From positions 1 to 52,221 of IMG/VR virus record IMGVR_UViG_3300048041_000040: a stretch of DNA of 52,221 nucleotides. One strand, 5' to 3'. This stretch comes from a virus. Lineage: Duplodnaviria; Caudoviricetes. Position numbers and translations under genes: made by a program. A model generated the notes under the pieces. The model was not told the DNA's origin, ran no database searches, and saw only the letters and a list, made by a program, of their open reading frames with translations. This document shows positions 27,706 through 36,815 of this stretch, one piece after another. Position 1 is the first letter of the stretch. Every line of letters begins with the position of its first letter.

Positions 27706-28613
27706 TCGCCTTTTACAACGAAATCGATGACTACTGTTGCGCGTGGCTATCGAACCTCATGGATGCCGGCCACATTACGCCGGGCGTGATCTCTAACAAA
27801 TCAATCGAGGACTTAACACCCTATGAACTTATCGGGTATGACCGGGTTCACCTGTTCGCTGGAATCGGCGTCTGGGACTACGCTCTACGCCTGGCCGGAT
27901 GGCCGAGTGACCGACCCGTCTGGACGCTCAGTTGCCCGTGCCAGCCTTTCAGCTCGGCAGGCAAAGGCGTTGGGTTTGATGACAAGCGGCACTTGTGGCC
28001 TCACGCCCAATGGCTCATTGAAGAGTGCAAACCTGTCGAACTCATTGGCGAGCAGGTTGCAAGTGGCGCTGCGTCCGCTTGGATCGACCTTGTACACGCT
28101 GACTTGGAAGCAATGGGCTACGCCTTCGGGTGTGTCCCGTTTCCGTCTGCGGGCGTCGGTGCTCCGCATATCAGAGACCGGGCTTACTGGGTGGCCGACT
28201 CCGAACTGTCCGCGAAAGAACGATTCGGACCACACGGCAGGGAAAGCGTACCCGGCGGGGCGGAATACGTACCTACCGGAAGCGGCGGCACTGACGGGCT
28301 GGCCGACACCCCAAGCGCGGGATCATTTCCCTGCGCATACGCCGGAATACATAGCGGCGAAGAAAGCGCAGGGTCACGGCATGGCGAACTTGAACGATCT
28401 GGTGCAGTTGACCAGCCCGGCCCGACTAACGGTTTCTGGCGTGATGCTGACTGGCTCGGATGCCGGGATGGGAAGTGGCGGCCCGTTGAATCCGGAACAT
28501 TCCCGCTGGCTCATGGGGTTGCCAATCGAATGGGCAAATTGCGCGCCTACGGAAACGCGATTAACGCTAAGCAAGCGCAAGCTTTCATTGAATGCTACCT
28601 AAATGAAATTTAA
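27702..28613 (+). CDS. C5-cytosine DNA methyltransferase, alpha subunit (M.EcoHK31I-like)
   Basis: Motif I LFAGIG, IV SCPCQPFS, VI GEQV, VIII HIRDR, X YGNAI; no recognisable motif IX. Confidence 0.9.
   Translation: MIAFYNEIDDYCCAWLSNLMDAGHITPGVISNKSIEDLTPYELIGYDRVHLFAGIGVWDYALRLAGWPSDRPVWTLSCPCQPFSSAGKGVGFDDKRHLWPHAQWLIEECKPVELIGEQVASGAASAWIDLVHADLEAMGYAFGCVPFPSAGVGAPHIRDRAYWVADSELSAKERFGPHGRESVPGGAEYVPTGSGGTDGLADTPSAGSFPCAYAGIHSGEESAGSRHGELERSGAVDQPGPTNGFWRDADWLGCRDGKWRPVESGTFPLAHGVANRMGKLRAYGNAINAKQAQAFIECYLNEI
27823..28602 (+). CDS. Nested +1-frame ORF: putative beta subunit of the C5 methyltransferase (true start uncertain)
   Basis: 259 stop-free codons inside the MTase gene; ends in motif IX-like LNPEHSRWLMGLP; WPTP repeats. 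Confidence 0.75.
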   Translation: MNLSGMTGFTCSLESASGTTLYAWPDGRVTDPSGRSVARASLSARQAKALGLMTSGTCGLTPNGSLKSANLSNSLASRLQVALRPLGSTLYTLTWKQWATPSGVSRFRLRASVLRISETGLTGWPTPNCPRKNDSDHTAGKAYPAGRNTYLPEAAALTGWPTPQARDHFPAHTPEYIAAKKAQGHGMANLNDLVQLTSPARLTVSGVMLTGSDAGMGSGGPLNPEHSRWLMGLPIEWANCAPTETRLTLSKRKLSLNAT

Positions 28614-28896
28614 ACCCGAAGACCGCAAGGCGCAAATTATCGCCGAGGCGTTACGCCAGGCCCGCGCACGTGGCTATCAGAACGTTCGCGTCGAGCATAT
28701 CGCCGCGTCGCTGGGCATCACGGCCGGCCTGATTTACCACTATTACAAGACGGTCCCGTTACTCAAGCGCGCCATTATGGGAGCGGCCATTGCGCAACGT
28801 TTGCCGGAAATCGTCGCGCAGGGGCTTGTTGCTAAAGATCCTCGGGCGATGAATGCGGACGATAGCTTGAAGGCTTCGGCGAGGGCTACGGTATGA
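28603..28896 (+). CDS. TetR-like HTH DNA-binding protein
   Basis: RKAQII..A......GY......IA..LGIT.GLIYHYY. Confidence 0.8.
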   Translation: MKFKPEDRKAQIIAEALRQARARGYQNVRVEHIAASLGITAGLIYHYYKTVPLLKRAIMGAAIAQRLPEIVAQGLVAKDPRAMNADDSLKASARATV

Positions 28897-29027
28897 TCTT
28901 GTGCGATTTGCCGTATGGTACGACGGGCGTCGCATGTGCGAACACGGGGCGCGAATTTATCGGGATCGAGAAAGACCCGACGTACTTCGTAATTGCCGAG
29001 TATCGTATTACCTGCGCGACGATCTGA
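28893..29027 (+). pseudogene. 44-aa internally deleted amino DNA methyltransferase, mini-MTase 2
   Basis: [44 protein letters not shown]; ATG overlaps the TetR stop and the ORF ends 4 nt before the primase ATG. Confidence 0.8.
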
Positions 29028-29031
29028 CCCT

Positions 29032-31341
29032 ATGCGCTCGCTCCCCGACGCATTGGCGCCGCTGGCCGCCTACCGGCAATTCATTCTCTACAAAACCGTA
29101 CCGAGCGCAGTTCGGCCCGGTAGGACCGACAAACTACCCTGCGACTGGCAAACCGGCCAAGTCGTAACGGCGCACGATCCACGGTACTGGACCGAGGCAT
29201 CGACGGCAATCGCAGCCGCTACGGCAAACCCCGGCTATGGCGTCGGGTTCGTGTTCACCGAGACGGATCCCTTCTGGTTCGTGGATATCGACGGCGCATA
29301 TGACGGGGTGGCCTGGTCGCCGGTCGCGCAACAGCTCTGCACGATGTTTGCCGGGGCGGCCGTCGAGATATCCACATCGGGCAAGGGCTTGCACCTGTTT
29401 GGCGCCGGCACCGTTCCGCCGCATGGTACGCGCTTGAAAGCCCTCGGCCTGGAGTTCTACACATCGGGCCGGTTCGTGGCGTTGACCGGCGACCAGGCGA
29501 GAGGGTCGGCAGCGACCGACTTTACCCCTCTCATGCCCTCGTTCGTGGCGCAATGGTTCCCGCCCGGCGCTGGCGAGCACGCCCCGTCCGTCGAGTGGTC
29601 AACCGAGCCGGTGCCCGAGTGGCGCGGGCCTACCGATGATGACGACCTGATACGGCGGGCGATACACTCGTCTAGCCTGTCGGCGCTTCAGGGTCGGGCG
29701 TCGTTCGCCGACCTGTGGCAGTGCAACGTCGACGTGCTGGCCGCCACGTACCCGCCCGATCCGAATTCGTCCGATGCGTTCGGCGCCAGCGAAGCCGACT
29801 CGTCCCTGGCGTCACACTTGCTGTTCTGGACCGGCAAAGACTGCGAACGCACGCGCCAGATCATGCAACGGTCCGCCCTGGTGCGCGACAAGTGGCAGCG
29901 CGAGGATTATCTCGAACGGACGATACTGCGCGCGGCTGGCGTTGTGGCCAAGGTGTGCCAGAATAAGGAAAAAACGCTTCCCTCGCTGGCCGTAGGCGGC
30001 GATCCGGTCGATAAATTCGGGCCGGTTATTTTCGCTAACGAGCTGGAACGGTTCTTTAAAAACTGTGTGTACGTGCAAGACAATCACGCGATTCTGTTGC
30101 CGACGGGCGACATGGTCGACCAACAGCGCTTTAATGCGGCGTATCCCGGAAAACTGTTCTGTATGGACGGGCAGAACGAACGAACGTCTAAACTCGCATG
30201 GGACGCCTACCTGCAAAACTCTGTTGTTTTACTGCCACACGTTCAAGGTACGTGCTTTCGTCCAGACCTGCCGTTCCAGTCGATTGTTGCCGAGGCAAGC
30301 CGTACCTGGGTCAACGTGTACCGCAAGCCGGAAGTGGTCCGGGGAGCGGGCGACGTCGGGCCGTACATCCAGTTATTGAAAAAAATGTTACCCGTGGGTG
30401 ATGACTGGTTAATCCTGGACGCGTTTACAAAAGCGATCGTGCAGTACCCCGGCGTGAAATTCGACTGGACCATATTCCTGCAGGGCACGCCAGGCAATGG
30501 CAAAAGTACGATTCTGCAATGCCTTCGGTACGCGCTGGGGCGCCGGTATATCTTCAATATCAAGCCGCACATGATCGACGGCAATTTCAACGGGTGGATG
30601 GAAAACAACGTTCTGTATGTCGGCGATGACGTGTATACATACACCGACCGGGCCGGGATATTCGAGGCGCTCAAATCGATGATCACGGAGCGCGAGCACG
30701 CCGTTACGTACAAGGGCATCGACTCGGTGCAGAAAAATATCTGCGGCAACTTCTTTTTCATGGACAACCATCGGAACGGCTTGCACAAAACGCCCGAGGA
30801 TCGCCGTATCTGTCCGCTGTTCTGCGCGCAACAGACCAAGGAACAGCGTGACGCGGACGGTCTTACGGCGCACTGGTTCGCGACCGTCTACTACCCGTGG
30901 CTTGAAGCCGAAGGGTACCGGTACGTCGCGCACTATCTGCATACCGGCGCCATCGATCCCCGGTTCAATCCGGCCGGTGCGTGCGGCGAGGCGCCGGCTA
31001 CCAGTTCGACGCAGATCGCTATCGAATCGAGCATGACCCTGCTGGAGGAAGACATTACCGAATTGATCGAGACGCGCGCGCCGGGGTTCTGCGGCGGGTT
31101 TATCAGCGCGACGATGCTCAAACGCGCATCGGAGAAAAAAGTTTCTCGTTTGAAAGTCAAGGAAGCGTTGGAACGGCTCGGGTATGACAGCGCGGGCCGC
31201 ACTGGTCGAGACGTTACGCCCGATTCGACACGCAGCATTATCTACGTCAAACGCGGTACGGTGGTGGTCGACCTGGCTGCCGAATATGAAGCAGCACAAT
31301 TGAAAGGAAGTTTCCCCGGTCGACCCCTAGTCGGTTGGTGA
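29032..31341 (+). CDS. Primase-polymerase/helicase (AEP domain + helical domain + SF3-type helicase; NrS-1-like layout)
   Basis: FVDID, EISTSGKGLH, S.AD..L...L.FW, Walker A GTPGNGKST, DRR; likely ATG at 29032. Confidence 0.9.
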   Translation: MRSLPDALAPLAAYRQFILYKTVPSAVRPGRTDKLPCDWQTGQVVTAHDPRYWTEASTAIAAATANPGYGVGFVFTETDPFWFVDIDGAYDGVAWSPVAQQLCTMFAGAAVEISTSGKGLHLFGAGTVPPHGTRLKALGLEFYTSGRFVALTGDQARGSAATDFTPLMPSFVAQWFPPGAGEHAPSVEWSTEPVPEWRGPTDDDDLIRRAIHSSSLSALQGRASFADLWQCNVDVLAATYPPDPNSSDAFGASEADSSLASHLLFWTGKDCERTRQIMQRSALVRDKWQREDYLERTILRAAGVVAKVCQNKEKTLPSLAVGGDPVDKFGPVIFANELERFFKNCVYVQDNHAILLPTGDMVDQQRFNAAYPGKLFCMDGQNERTSKLAWDAYLQNSVVLLPHVQGTCFRPDLPFQSIVAEASRTWVNVYRKPEVVRGAGDVGPYIQLLKKMLPVGDDWLILDAFTKAIVQYPGVKFDWTIFLQGTPGNGKSTILQCLRYALGRRYIFNIKPHMIDGNFNGWMENNVLYVGDDVYTYTDRAGIFEALKSMITEREHAVTYKGIDSVQKNICGNFFFMDNHRNGLHKTPEDRRICPLFCAQQTKEQRDADGLTAHWFATVYYPWLEAEGYRYVAHYLHTGAIDPRFNPAGACGEAPATSSTQIAIESSMTLLEEDITELIETRAPGFCGGFISATMLKRASEKKVSRLKVKEALERLGYDSAGRTGRDVTPDSTRSIIYVKRGTVVVDLAAEYEAAQLKGSFPGRPLVGW

Positions 31342-31401
31342 ATCGTCAAGGTAACCCGACACGACGTACCGCGCTTTGACAATTATCAATATACGGGTCG
31401 G

Positions 31402-32265
31402 TCACCCCTTCGGTCTGTTCGATAACGCACGTATTGACTCAGTCGCCATGCTTTCGGATTGCAACTTTAGCGCGCGTTCTATTTCCTCGTCACTCGGTCC
31501 GGTTTCGCGCAGAATCCCCCACACGGCACCCGGCAATCGGCGTCGCATGTCCGGCGCCCCGAACCTTTGGCGCTTGAGTGTTACCCCCGGCTTGAGATCG
31601 GCGACGGCGTACCAATGCGCGCCCCATTGAAAATAAGGGTAGGCGCTTTCAGAATCATCGCTGCGGGAGTACCACACCTGTATCGGAAGGCCGTACGGGC
31701 CGCCCGTGTCGACGATCTCCTGGGCGCTAACGGCGTAGCGAGACTCTCGAAATTCTTCCAGCGTGGCAATGTCGTCGGGGTGCAATCGAACCTTGTGCGT
31801 CGACCCGTCTTCAAGTACGAGAACGTCCTCGGGCAGAATCGAGGGGCATCGGGCGACGGCCAGGTACAGAACGAGATCGCGGTCTTCGAGCCATCGGTCG
31901 ACATCCGATTCTATTACCCAGTGCGTGCGCAGAAAGAGCTTTGCCCGTTCGCGTTCCTCGGCTCGACGCAGTTGGTCACGCTGGGTTTCAGCGGCGCGGG
32001 CGATCCGGGCTTCCTGTTCGGCGCGGGCTTCGGCGGCGCGTTCGAGGGCCTGTTCGGAGAAGCCTTTGCGTAGCCCCCGCTCGGCTTCCCGCTCGTCTTC
32101 GGACAACGGGCGGCGCAGGTCCGACACGGATTCCCCGTTGATGCAGGCGGCGCAACCCCCGGACGTAGTGTAACGGTATGCGAAGTGCCCATTCTTACAT
32201 GCCTTGCCGGTGAAGTATGTTTTTAGCCCAGCGGACAAAGCTACCGAACGTGAGATGATTTCCAT
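31402..32265 (-). CDS. Hypothetical protein with N-terminal Zn-binding module
   Basis: YFTGKACKNGH...RY....C..C motif, usually N-terminal to phage HNH/EndoVII nucleases; no clear nuclease motif follows. Confidence 0.7.
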   Translation of the reverse strand: MEIISRSVALSAGLKTYFTGKACKNGHFAYRYTTSGGCAACINGESVSDLRRPLSEDEREAERGLRKGFSEQALERAAEARAEQEARIARAAETQRDQLRRAEERERAKLFLRTHWVIESDVDRWLEDRDLVLYLAVARCPSILPEDVLVLEDGSTHKVRLHPDDIATLEEFRESRYAVSAQEIVDTGGPYGLPIQVWYSRSDDSESAYPYFQWGAHWYAVADLKPGVTLKRQRFGAPDMRRRLPGAVWGILRETGPSDEEIERALKLQSESMATESIRALSNRPKG

Positions 32266-32522
32266 TAGATTTTACCCCGGTTGATTGAGTTCGAGTATCA
32301 TACCACGGCTAAACGACGGCAGACGGTACGTTTTTTACCCATGTTTCACTTTTTAAAGACGTAAGGGAATCTAATCTAATCCATATATATAATACTAGAA
32401 TAAGATAATTGATCTAATATCAGCATTAGATATTAGGATTAGATAAGACGATAAAAACACTAAACGGCCTGAAATACCGTGCCGTGTCTGCCGTGTGCCG
32501 TCGTTTTAAGTTGTGATACGAT
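32266..32522. other. AT-rich non-coding region with inverted repeats: candidate replication origin / divergent promoter region
   Basis: AAACGACGGCA (32311-32321) inverted at 32496-32506; TCTAA/TTAGA repeats; extended -10 elements pointing both ways. Confidence 0.6.
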
Positions 32523-32531
32523 GTGGTCATC

Positions 32532-32933
32532 ATGCCCGCCTCTCACGAAATCCTCGATCAAGCCGGAATTGACGGCATTTGCGCGTTAATCCTGGACGGT
32601 AATACTCTCGGCCAAATCGCTGCGTGTTTCGGCGTTGCGCGTTCGACGCTCCATTATTGGATCGCGGATCCTGCTCACCCCGAACGTTCCGTGCGCGCGT
32701 GCGAAGCCCGAACGATGGCGGCGGCGGCATGGGACGAAAAGAGCGAATTGCTCCTCACGAACGCCAAGGATAACTTCGAGTTGATGAAAGCCAAGGAACT
32801 CGCTCACCATTACCGCTGGCGCGCCAAAGCTATCGCCCCGCGTGACTATGGCGACAAACAGGTCGACCAGGACAAGGGTAAAAATACCGTGGAGCACGTA
32901 GACGTGCCGACCGTCTCATGTCCAAAAGAATAA
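32532..32933 (+). CDS. terS: Terminase small subunit
   Basis: HTH (GNTLGQIA..GV.RSTL..W), W.A....PRDYGDK; directly upstream of terL. Confidence 0.85.
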   Translation: MPASHEILDQAGIDGICALILDGNTLGQIAACFGVARSTLHYWIADPAHPERSVRACEARTMAAAAWDEKSELLLTNAKDNFELMKAKELAHHYRWRAKAIAPRDYGDKQVDQDKGKNTVEHVDVPTVSCPKE

Positions 32934-34210
32934 TTTATACGCCGTTCCACGCCGGCCAAAAGCTCATTAGTGAGAACAGGGCCAAGCGCACCGTGATCCG
33001 TTGCGGGCGCCGATTCGGTAAAACCGTTATGCTGGAAAACCTCGGCGCCCGGTGGGCGGCGCGGGATGCGAAACGGGTCGGCTGGTTCTGCCCATCATAT
33101 AAGTTACTCATTCCGTCGTATAACCGCATCTTGAAGATGGTCCGTCCTCTCGTGGTCAGCGCGTCAAAGATCGACGCTGTGATCGAACTCGAAGGCGGCG
33201 GCGGTATTGAATTCTGGACCCTGAACGACCCGGACGCCGGCCGGTCCCGCTTTTATGACGAGGCGGTGATCGACGAGGCCAGTCTCGCACCGGGCCTGCG
33301 CGACATATGGGAACTGTCCATATCGCCGACCTTGCTTGATCGAGACGGCAATTGCACGATGGCCGGCACCCCCAAGGGTATCGACCCGGAAAACTTTTTC
33401 TACGAGGCATGCACCAACAAGGTTAAGACCGACACGTGGCGCGAGTTATGGAAAGAGTTCCACGCCCCGACGGCGGCGAATCCGATGCTGAAGAAAGAAG
33501 CGGTTGACCGGCTGGTCGGTCAGTATGCGCCACTTGCCTATCAGCAAGAGTATCTGGCCGAGTTCGTCGACTGGTCCGGCGTGGCGTTTTTCTCGTCCGA
33601 TAAGCTCACGGTTGACGGGCAGGGCGTACCGTGGCCGATGCGTTGCGACGCGATATTTGCCGTCATTGATTCGGCGATGAAGGACGGCAGCGAGAATGAC
33701 GGTACGGCCGTGAAGTGGTTCGCCGTAACGAAGGGCTGGGGAATTCCGCTCGTGGTGCTGGACTGGGAAGTCCTGCAGATCAAGGCGGACATGCTCAGCA
33801 CGTGGCTGCCGAGCGTAGTGCAGCGCGGCGAGCAACTAGCGGCGATCTGTGAATGCCGGGGCGGATTCGTCGGCGGGTTCATCGAAGACAAGGGGAGCGG
33901 TATTGCCCTGAATCAATACGCGCAACGTGTCGGACTACCGTTCCAGTCGATCCAGGGGGACGTGACCAGTATCGGCAAGGATGGTCGTGCGATCATGGCG
34001 TCCGGAGCGGTACACCGCGAAGAAGTCAAGTATTCGCAGCACGCGTATGATAAAGTGATGGAATTCAAGGGTCAGACGCGGAACCATTCGATCAGCCAAG
34101 TTTGTGGATATCGGCTAGGGGACAAGGACGCAGCGAAACGGGCGGACGACCTTGCGGACTGTTTCACGTATGGCATTATTTTGGGCCTCAATGGGGCGGA
34201 TGGGTTCTGA
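32918..34210 (+). CDS. terL: Terminase large subunit
   Basis: GRRFGKT, IDEA, GTPKG, QEYLAEF, nuclease D..D.TA and DDL.D. Confidence 0.95.
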   Translation: MSKRIIYTPFHAGQKLISENRAKRTVIRCGRRFGKTVMLENLGARWAARDAKRVGWFCPSYKLLIPSYNRILKMVRPLVVSASKIDAVIELEGGGGIEFWTLNDPDAGRSRFYDEAVIDEASLAPGLRDIWELSISPTLLDRDGNCTMAGTPKGIDPENFFYEACTNKVKTDTWRELWKEFHAPTAANPMLKKEAVDRLVGQYAPLAYQQEYLAEFVDWSGVAFFSSDKLTVDGQGVPWPMRCDAIFAVIDSAMKDGSENDGTAVKWFAVTKGWGIPLVVLDWEVLQIKADMLSTWLPSVVQRGEQLAAICECRGGFVGGFIEDKGSGIALNQYAQRVGLPFQSIQGDVTSIGKDGRAIMASGAVHREEVKYSQHAYDKVMEFKGQTRNHSISQVCGYRLGDKDAAKRADDLADCFTYGIILGLNGADGF

Positions 34211-34212
34211 TC

Positions 34213-34542
34213 ATGAGCAATTCAAGCTTTCCAAACGCACAAAACAATCCCGGCGCCGCCGTGCCGGTCTACGATACGGGATATGCCGCGAAGAACATCA
34301 CGACCAGCGCCAGCACGCTCGTCAAGACCGGCGTCGGTACGTTCGGCCGGGTGACGGTCAACACGGCCCAGGCCGGCGCCACCGTGACGGCGTATGACGG
34401 GATCGACAATACGGGCGTCAAGCTGGCCACGATCAGCGCGGCGGCCCAGGTGTCGCTGGCGTTCGGCGTCGCGCTCGCTACGGGTTTATACGTCGTGACG
34501 GCAGGCGCTACGCCGGCAGACATCACGGTGGCGTACCTGTAG
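34213..34542 (+). CDS. Small beta-rich virion (decoration-like) protein
   Basis: 109 aa from ATG 34213; resembles 44856-45230. Confidence 0.6.
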   Translation: MSNSSFPNAQNNPGAAVPVYDTGYAAKNITTSASTLVKTGVGTFGRVTVNTAQAGATVTAYDGIDNTGVKLATISAAAQVSLAFGVALATGLYVVTAGATPADITVAYL

Positions 34543-34543
34543 C

Positions 34544-36811
34544 ATGAGCCAGGTATTCGTACAGGGGTCCGGCCTGGGCAACGCGCTTCAGCAATTCCTG
34601 ATGTGTGAGGAGATCATCCCTGGCTCCGACATCAGCTATCAACTGTGCAAGCTGATTTATGAATTTCATCCGCTTGGCCTCAAGATGGCGCAAAAACCCC
34701 TACGTGTGGCCATGAGCCAGTCGCGCGAGATTGTCGTCAAGGACGCGCCGGGGGATACCGTCAAAGAGGCGTTCCGGACCGAGTGGGCCGCCCTGGGCGC
34801 CGATGATCACATTCTCAATGTCGGCACGCTGGCGCGCATTTACGGTATCGCGTCGTGCGCGTACGGGGCGCCGGACATCCCGACGAATGAGGATATTGAC
34901 CCGCTGAAGTTTCCCAGCTTGCGGCTCTATTTCAATGACCTGGACCCGCTCAATACGTCCGGATCGCTGGTTCTGAACCAAGACCCGAACTCACCAGACT
35001 TCCAGAAACACGCTGCGATCACCGTCGCCGGCCAGCCGTACGCCCGGTCCCGCTCGGTCACGTTGATGAACGAAAAGCCGATCTACATCAGTTACACCTC
35101 GTCGGCGTTCGGGTTCTCGGGCCGCTCGGTCTACCAGCGCGCGCTATTCCCCTTGAAATCGTTCGTACAGACGATGGTCACCGACGACATGGTGACAAAG
35201 AAAGCGGGCGTCCTTGTAGCCAAGATCAAGCAAGCCGGGTCGATCGTCAACAACATGATGGCCGGCGCATTGGGCATCAAGCGCGACGTGGTCAAGGAAT
35301 CGGCCACGAACAACGTCATCAACGTCGGCCCGGATGATTCGATCGAGACGTTGGACATGCAAAACGCCGAAAAAGCGAACTATGCGCGCAAGAATATCCT
35401 GGAGAACATCGCAGCGGCGGACGACATGCCGGCGCGCATGTTGACCGAAGAAACGCTCGCGGAGGGGTTCGGCGAGGGTAGCGAGGACGCGAAGAAAGAG
35501 GCGCAATACATCGACCGTATGCGCAGATGGCTGGCGCCACTTTATTCGTTTTTTGAGCCGATCGTGATGTATCGGGCGTGGAACCCGGAGTTTTACAAGA
35601 CGATCCAGGCGCAGTATCCGGACATTTACGGCGACGTGGAATATTCGGTGGCATTCACGTCCTGGGTGAACTCGTTCAAGGCGGAATGGCCGAACTTGCT
35701 CAAGGAGCCGGACAGTGAACTCTCGAAAAGCGAGAAGGTCAAGCTCGACGGGATCGTGCAAATGTTGCAGACATTGCTCCCAGCGGTCGATCCGGAAAAC
35801 AAGGCGCGGTTGGTTCAGTGGGCTATCGATAACTGTAACGACATGAAGTTACTGTTCGGCGCGGCGTTGGAATTCGACATGGACGCGTTGATGGCGTATG
35901 TACCGCCTGAGCCGGAAGCGCAGGCAGGAGCAGCGAAAGCAGACTCGGAGTTCAACGAATCCGACCACCCCCGCGACGCCGACGGTAAATTCGGCTCGGG
36001 CGGGGGCGAGAGTTCAGAGAAAAGCAGCACCGCGCCAGAAGAAAAAAAGCGGGAGGGTAAGCTTTACAAGAACGGGTATAGCGTAAAGAGCGTGTCTCCC
36101 GCGCCGCCAGATAACCTAAGCGTCGAAGACCTGCGATGGGTTAACGCTCAAGGACTGAAGCACAAAGATACGGACGTATGGTGGGATTTTCATACCCCCG
36201 TTTTAAACGCCGCATACCAGGCAGGGTTAGAGGGGCGCGACTTATCAAAGGCGGCGGTCATAGAGGGAGTACGGTACGGGAAAGCCCCGGAGAGTGGGCT
36301 ATCTTATAACTTCTCAGAAGAAAGGTCAGAAGGCGGTCTTTCTTTGGCTCAAGAAAAGGGGGGGAAAGAGGTGGGGTCTACCATTTGGTTCGAAGACCGA
36401 AAAGCCTATGAGTACCGGGGGCTGGACGTCGGTAAGGGTTCTGACGGGGAACCAGTAATACTGCCTTTGCATGTGGATAACTTCGACAAGGAAGACTTAG
36501 CGAGATTGAAAAATAAAAAACCGAAGCCGGAACCGAAGCCGGAACCGAAGCCGGAACCAGTAATACTGCCTTTGCATGTGGATAACTTCGACAAGGAAGA
36601 CTTAGCGAGATTGAAAAATAAAAAACCGAAGCCGGAACCGAAGCCGGAACCAGTCGCACCGGAGAGCCTAAAAGCGGAAGAGGTATATGCCGTTCTCGCC
36701 CGCTTAGAGGATGCGGGGGGAAACGTACGCGAGGCGGCGGAGGCCTTGACTAAAAAACGACCGGACTTAAGGGGCGCGATAGACTCAGCTAAACGTGATT
36801 TAGGGTACTGA
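34544..36811 (+). CDS. Portal protein (DUF1073-like) with ~290-aa C-terminal extension
   Basis: Position after terL; ARIYG, FGFSGRSV, NIAAA.DMP..L, GF.EG.ED motifs in the first ~460 aa. Confidence 0.88.
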   Translation: MSQVFVQGSGLGNALQQFLMCEEIIPGSDISYQLCKLIYEFHPLGLKMAQKPLRVAMSQSREIVVKDAPGDTVKEAFRTEWAALGADDHILNVGTLARIYGIASCAYGAPDIPTNEDIDPLKFPSLRLYFNDLDPLNTSGSLVLNQDPNSPDFQKHAAITVAGQPYARSRSVTLMNEKPIYISYTSSAFGFSGRSVYQRALFPLKSFVQTMVTDDMVTKKAGVLVAKIKQAGSIVNNMMAGALGIKRDVVKESATNNVINVGPDDSIETLDMQNAEKANYARKNILENIAAADDMPARMLTEETLAEGFGEGSEDAKKEAQYIDRMRRWLAPLYSFFEPIVMYRAWNPEFYKTIQAQYPDIYGDVEYSVAFTSWVNSFKAEWPNLLKEPDSELSKSEKVKLDGIVQMLQTLLPAVDPENKARLVQWAIDNCNDMKLLFGAALEFDMDALMAYVPPEPEAQAGAAKADSEFNESDHPRDADGKFGSGGGESSEKSSTAPEEKKREGKLYKNGYSVKSVSPAPPDNLSVEDLRWVNAQGLKHKDTDVWWDFHTPVLNAAYQAGLEGRDLSKAAVIEGVRYGKAPESGLSYNFSEERSEGGLSLAQEKGGKEVGSTIWFEDRKAYEYRGLDVGKGSDGEPVILPLHVDNFDKEDLARLKNKKPKPEPKPEPKPEPVILPLHVDNFDKEDLARLKNKKPKPEPKPEPVAPESLKAEEVYAVLARLEDAGGNVREAAEALTKKRPDLRGAIDSAKRDLGY
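36448..36654. repeat. 105-bp tandem duplication with nested 12-bp PKPE repeats in the portal extension
   Basis: EPVILPLHVDNFDKEDLARLKNKKPKPE encoded twice (copies start 36448 and 36553). Confidence 0.92.
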
Positions 36812-36815
36812 CCGG

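Noticed and set aside
30409-31299. Long antisense ORFs (also 45414-46304, 48537-49334, 18785-19504)
   Set aside because: Shadow frames of GC-rich genes with no motifs or RBS
31402-32265. Homing endonuclease
   Set aside because: Only the N-terminal Zn-binding module is recognisable; no HNH or EndoVII catalytic motif seen
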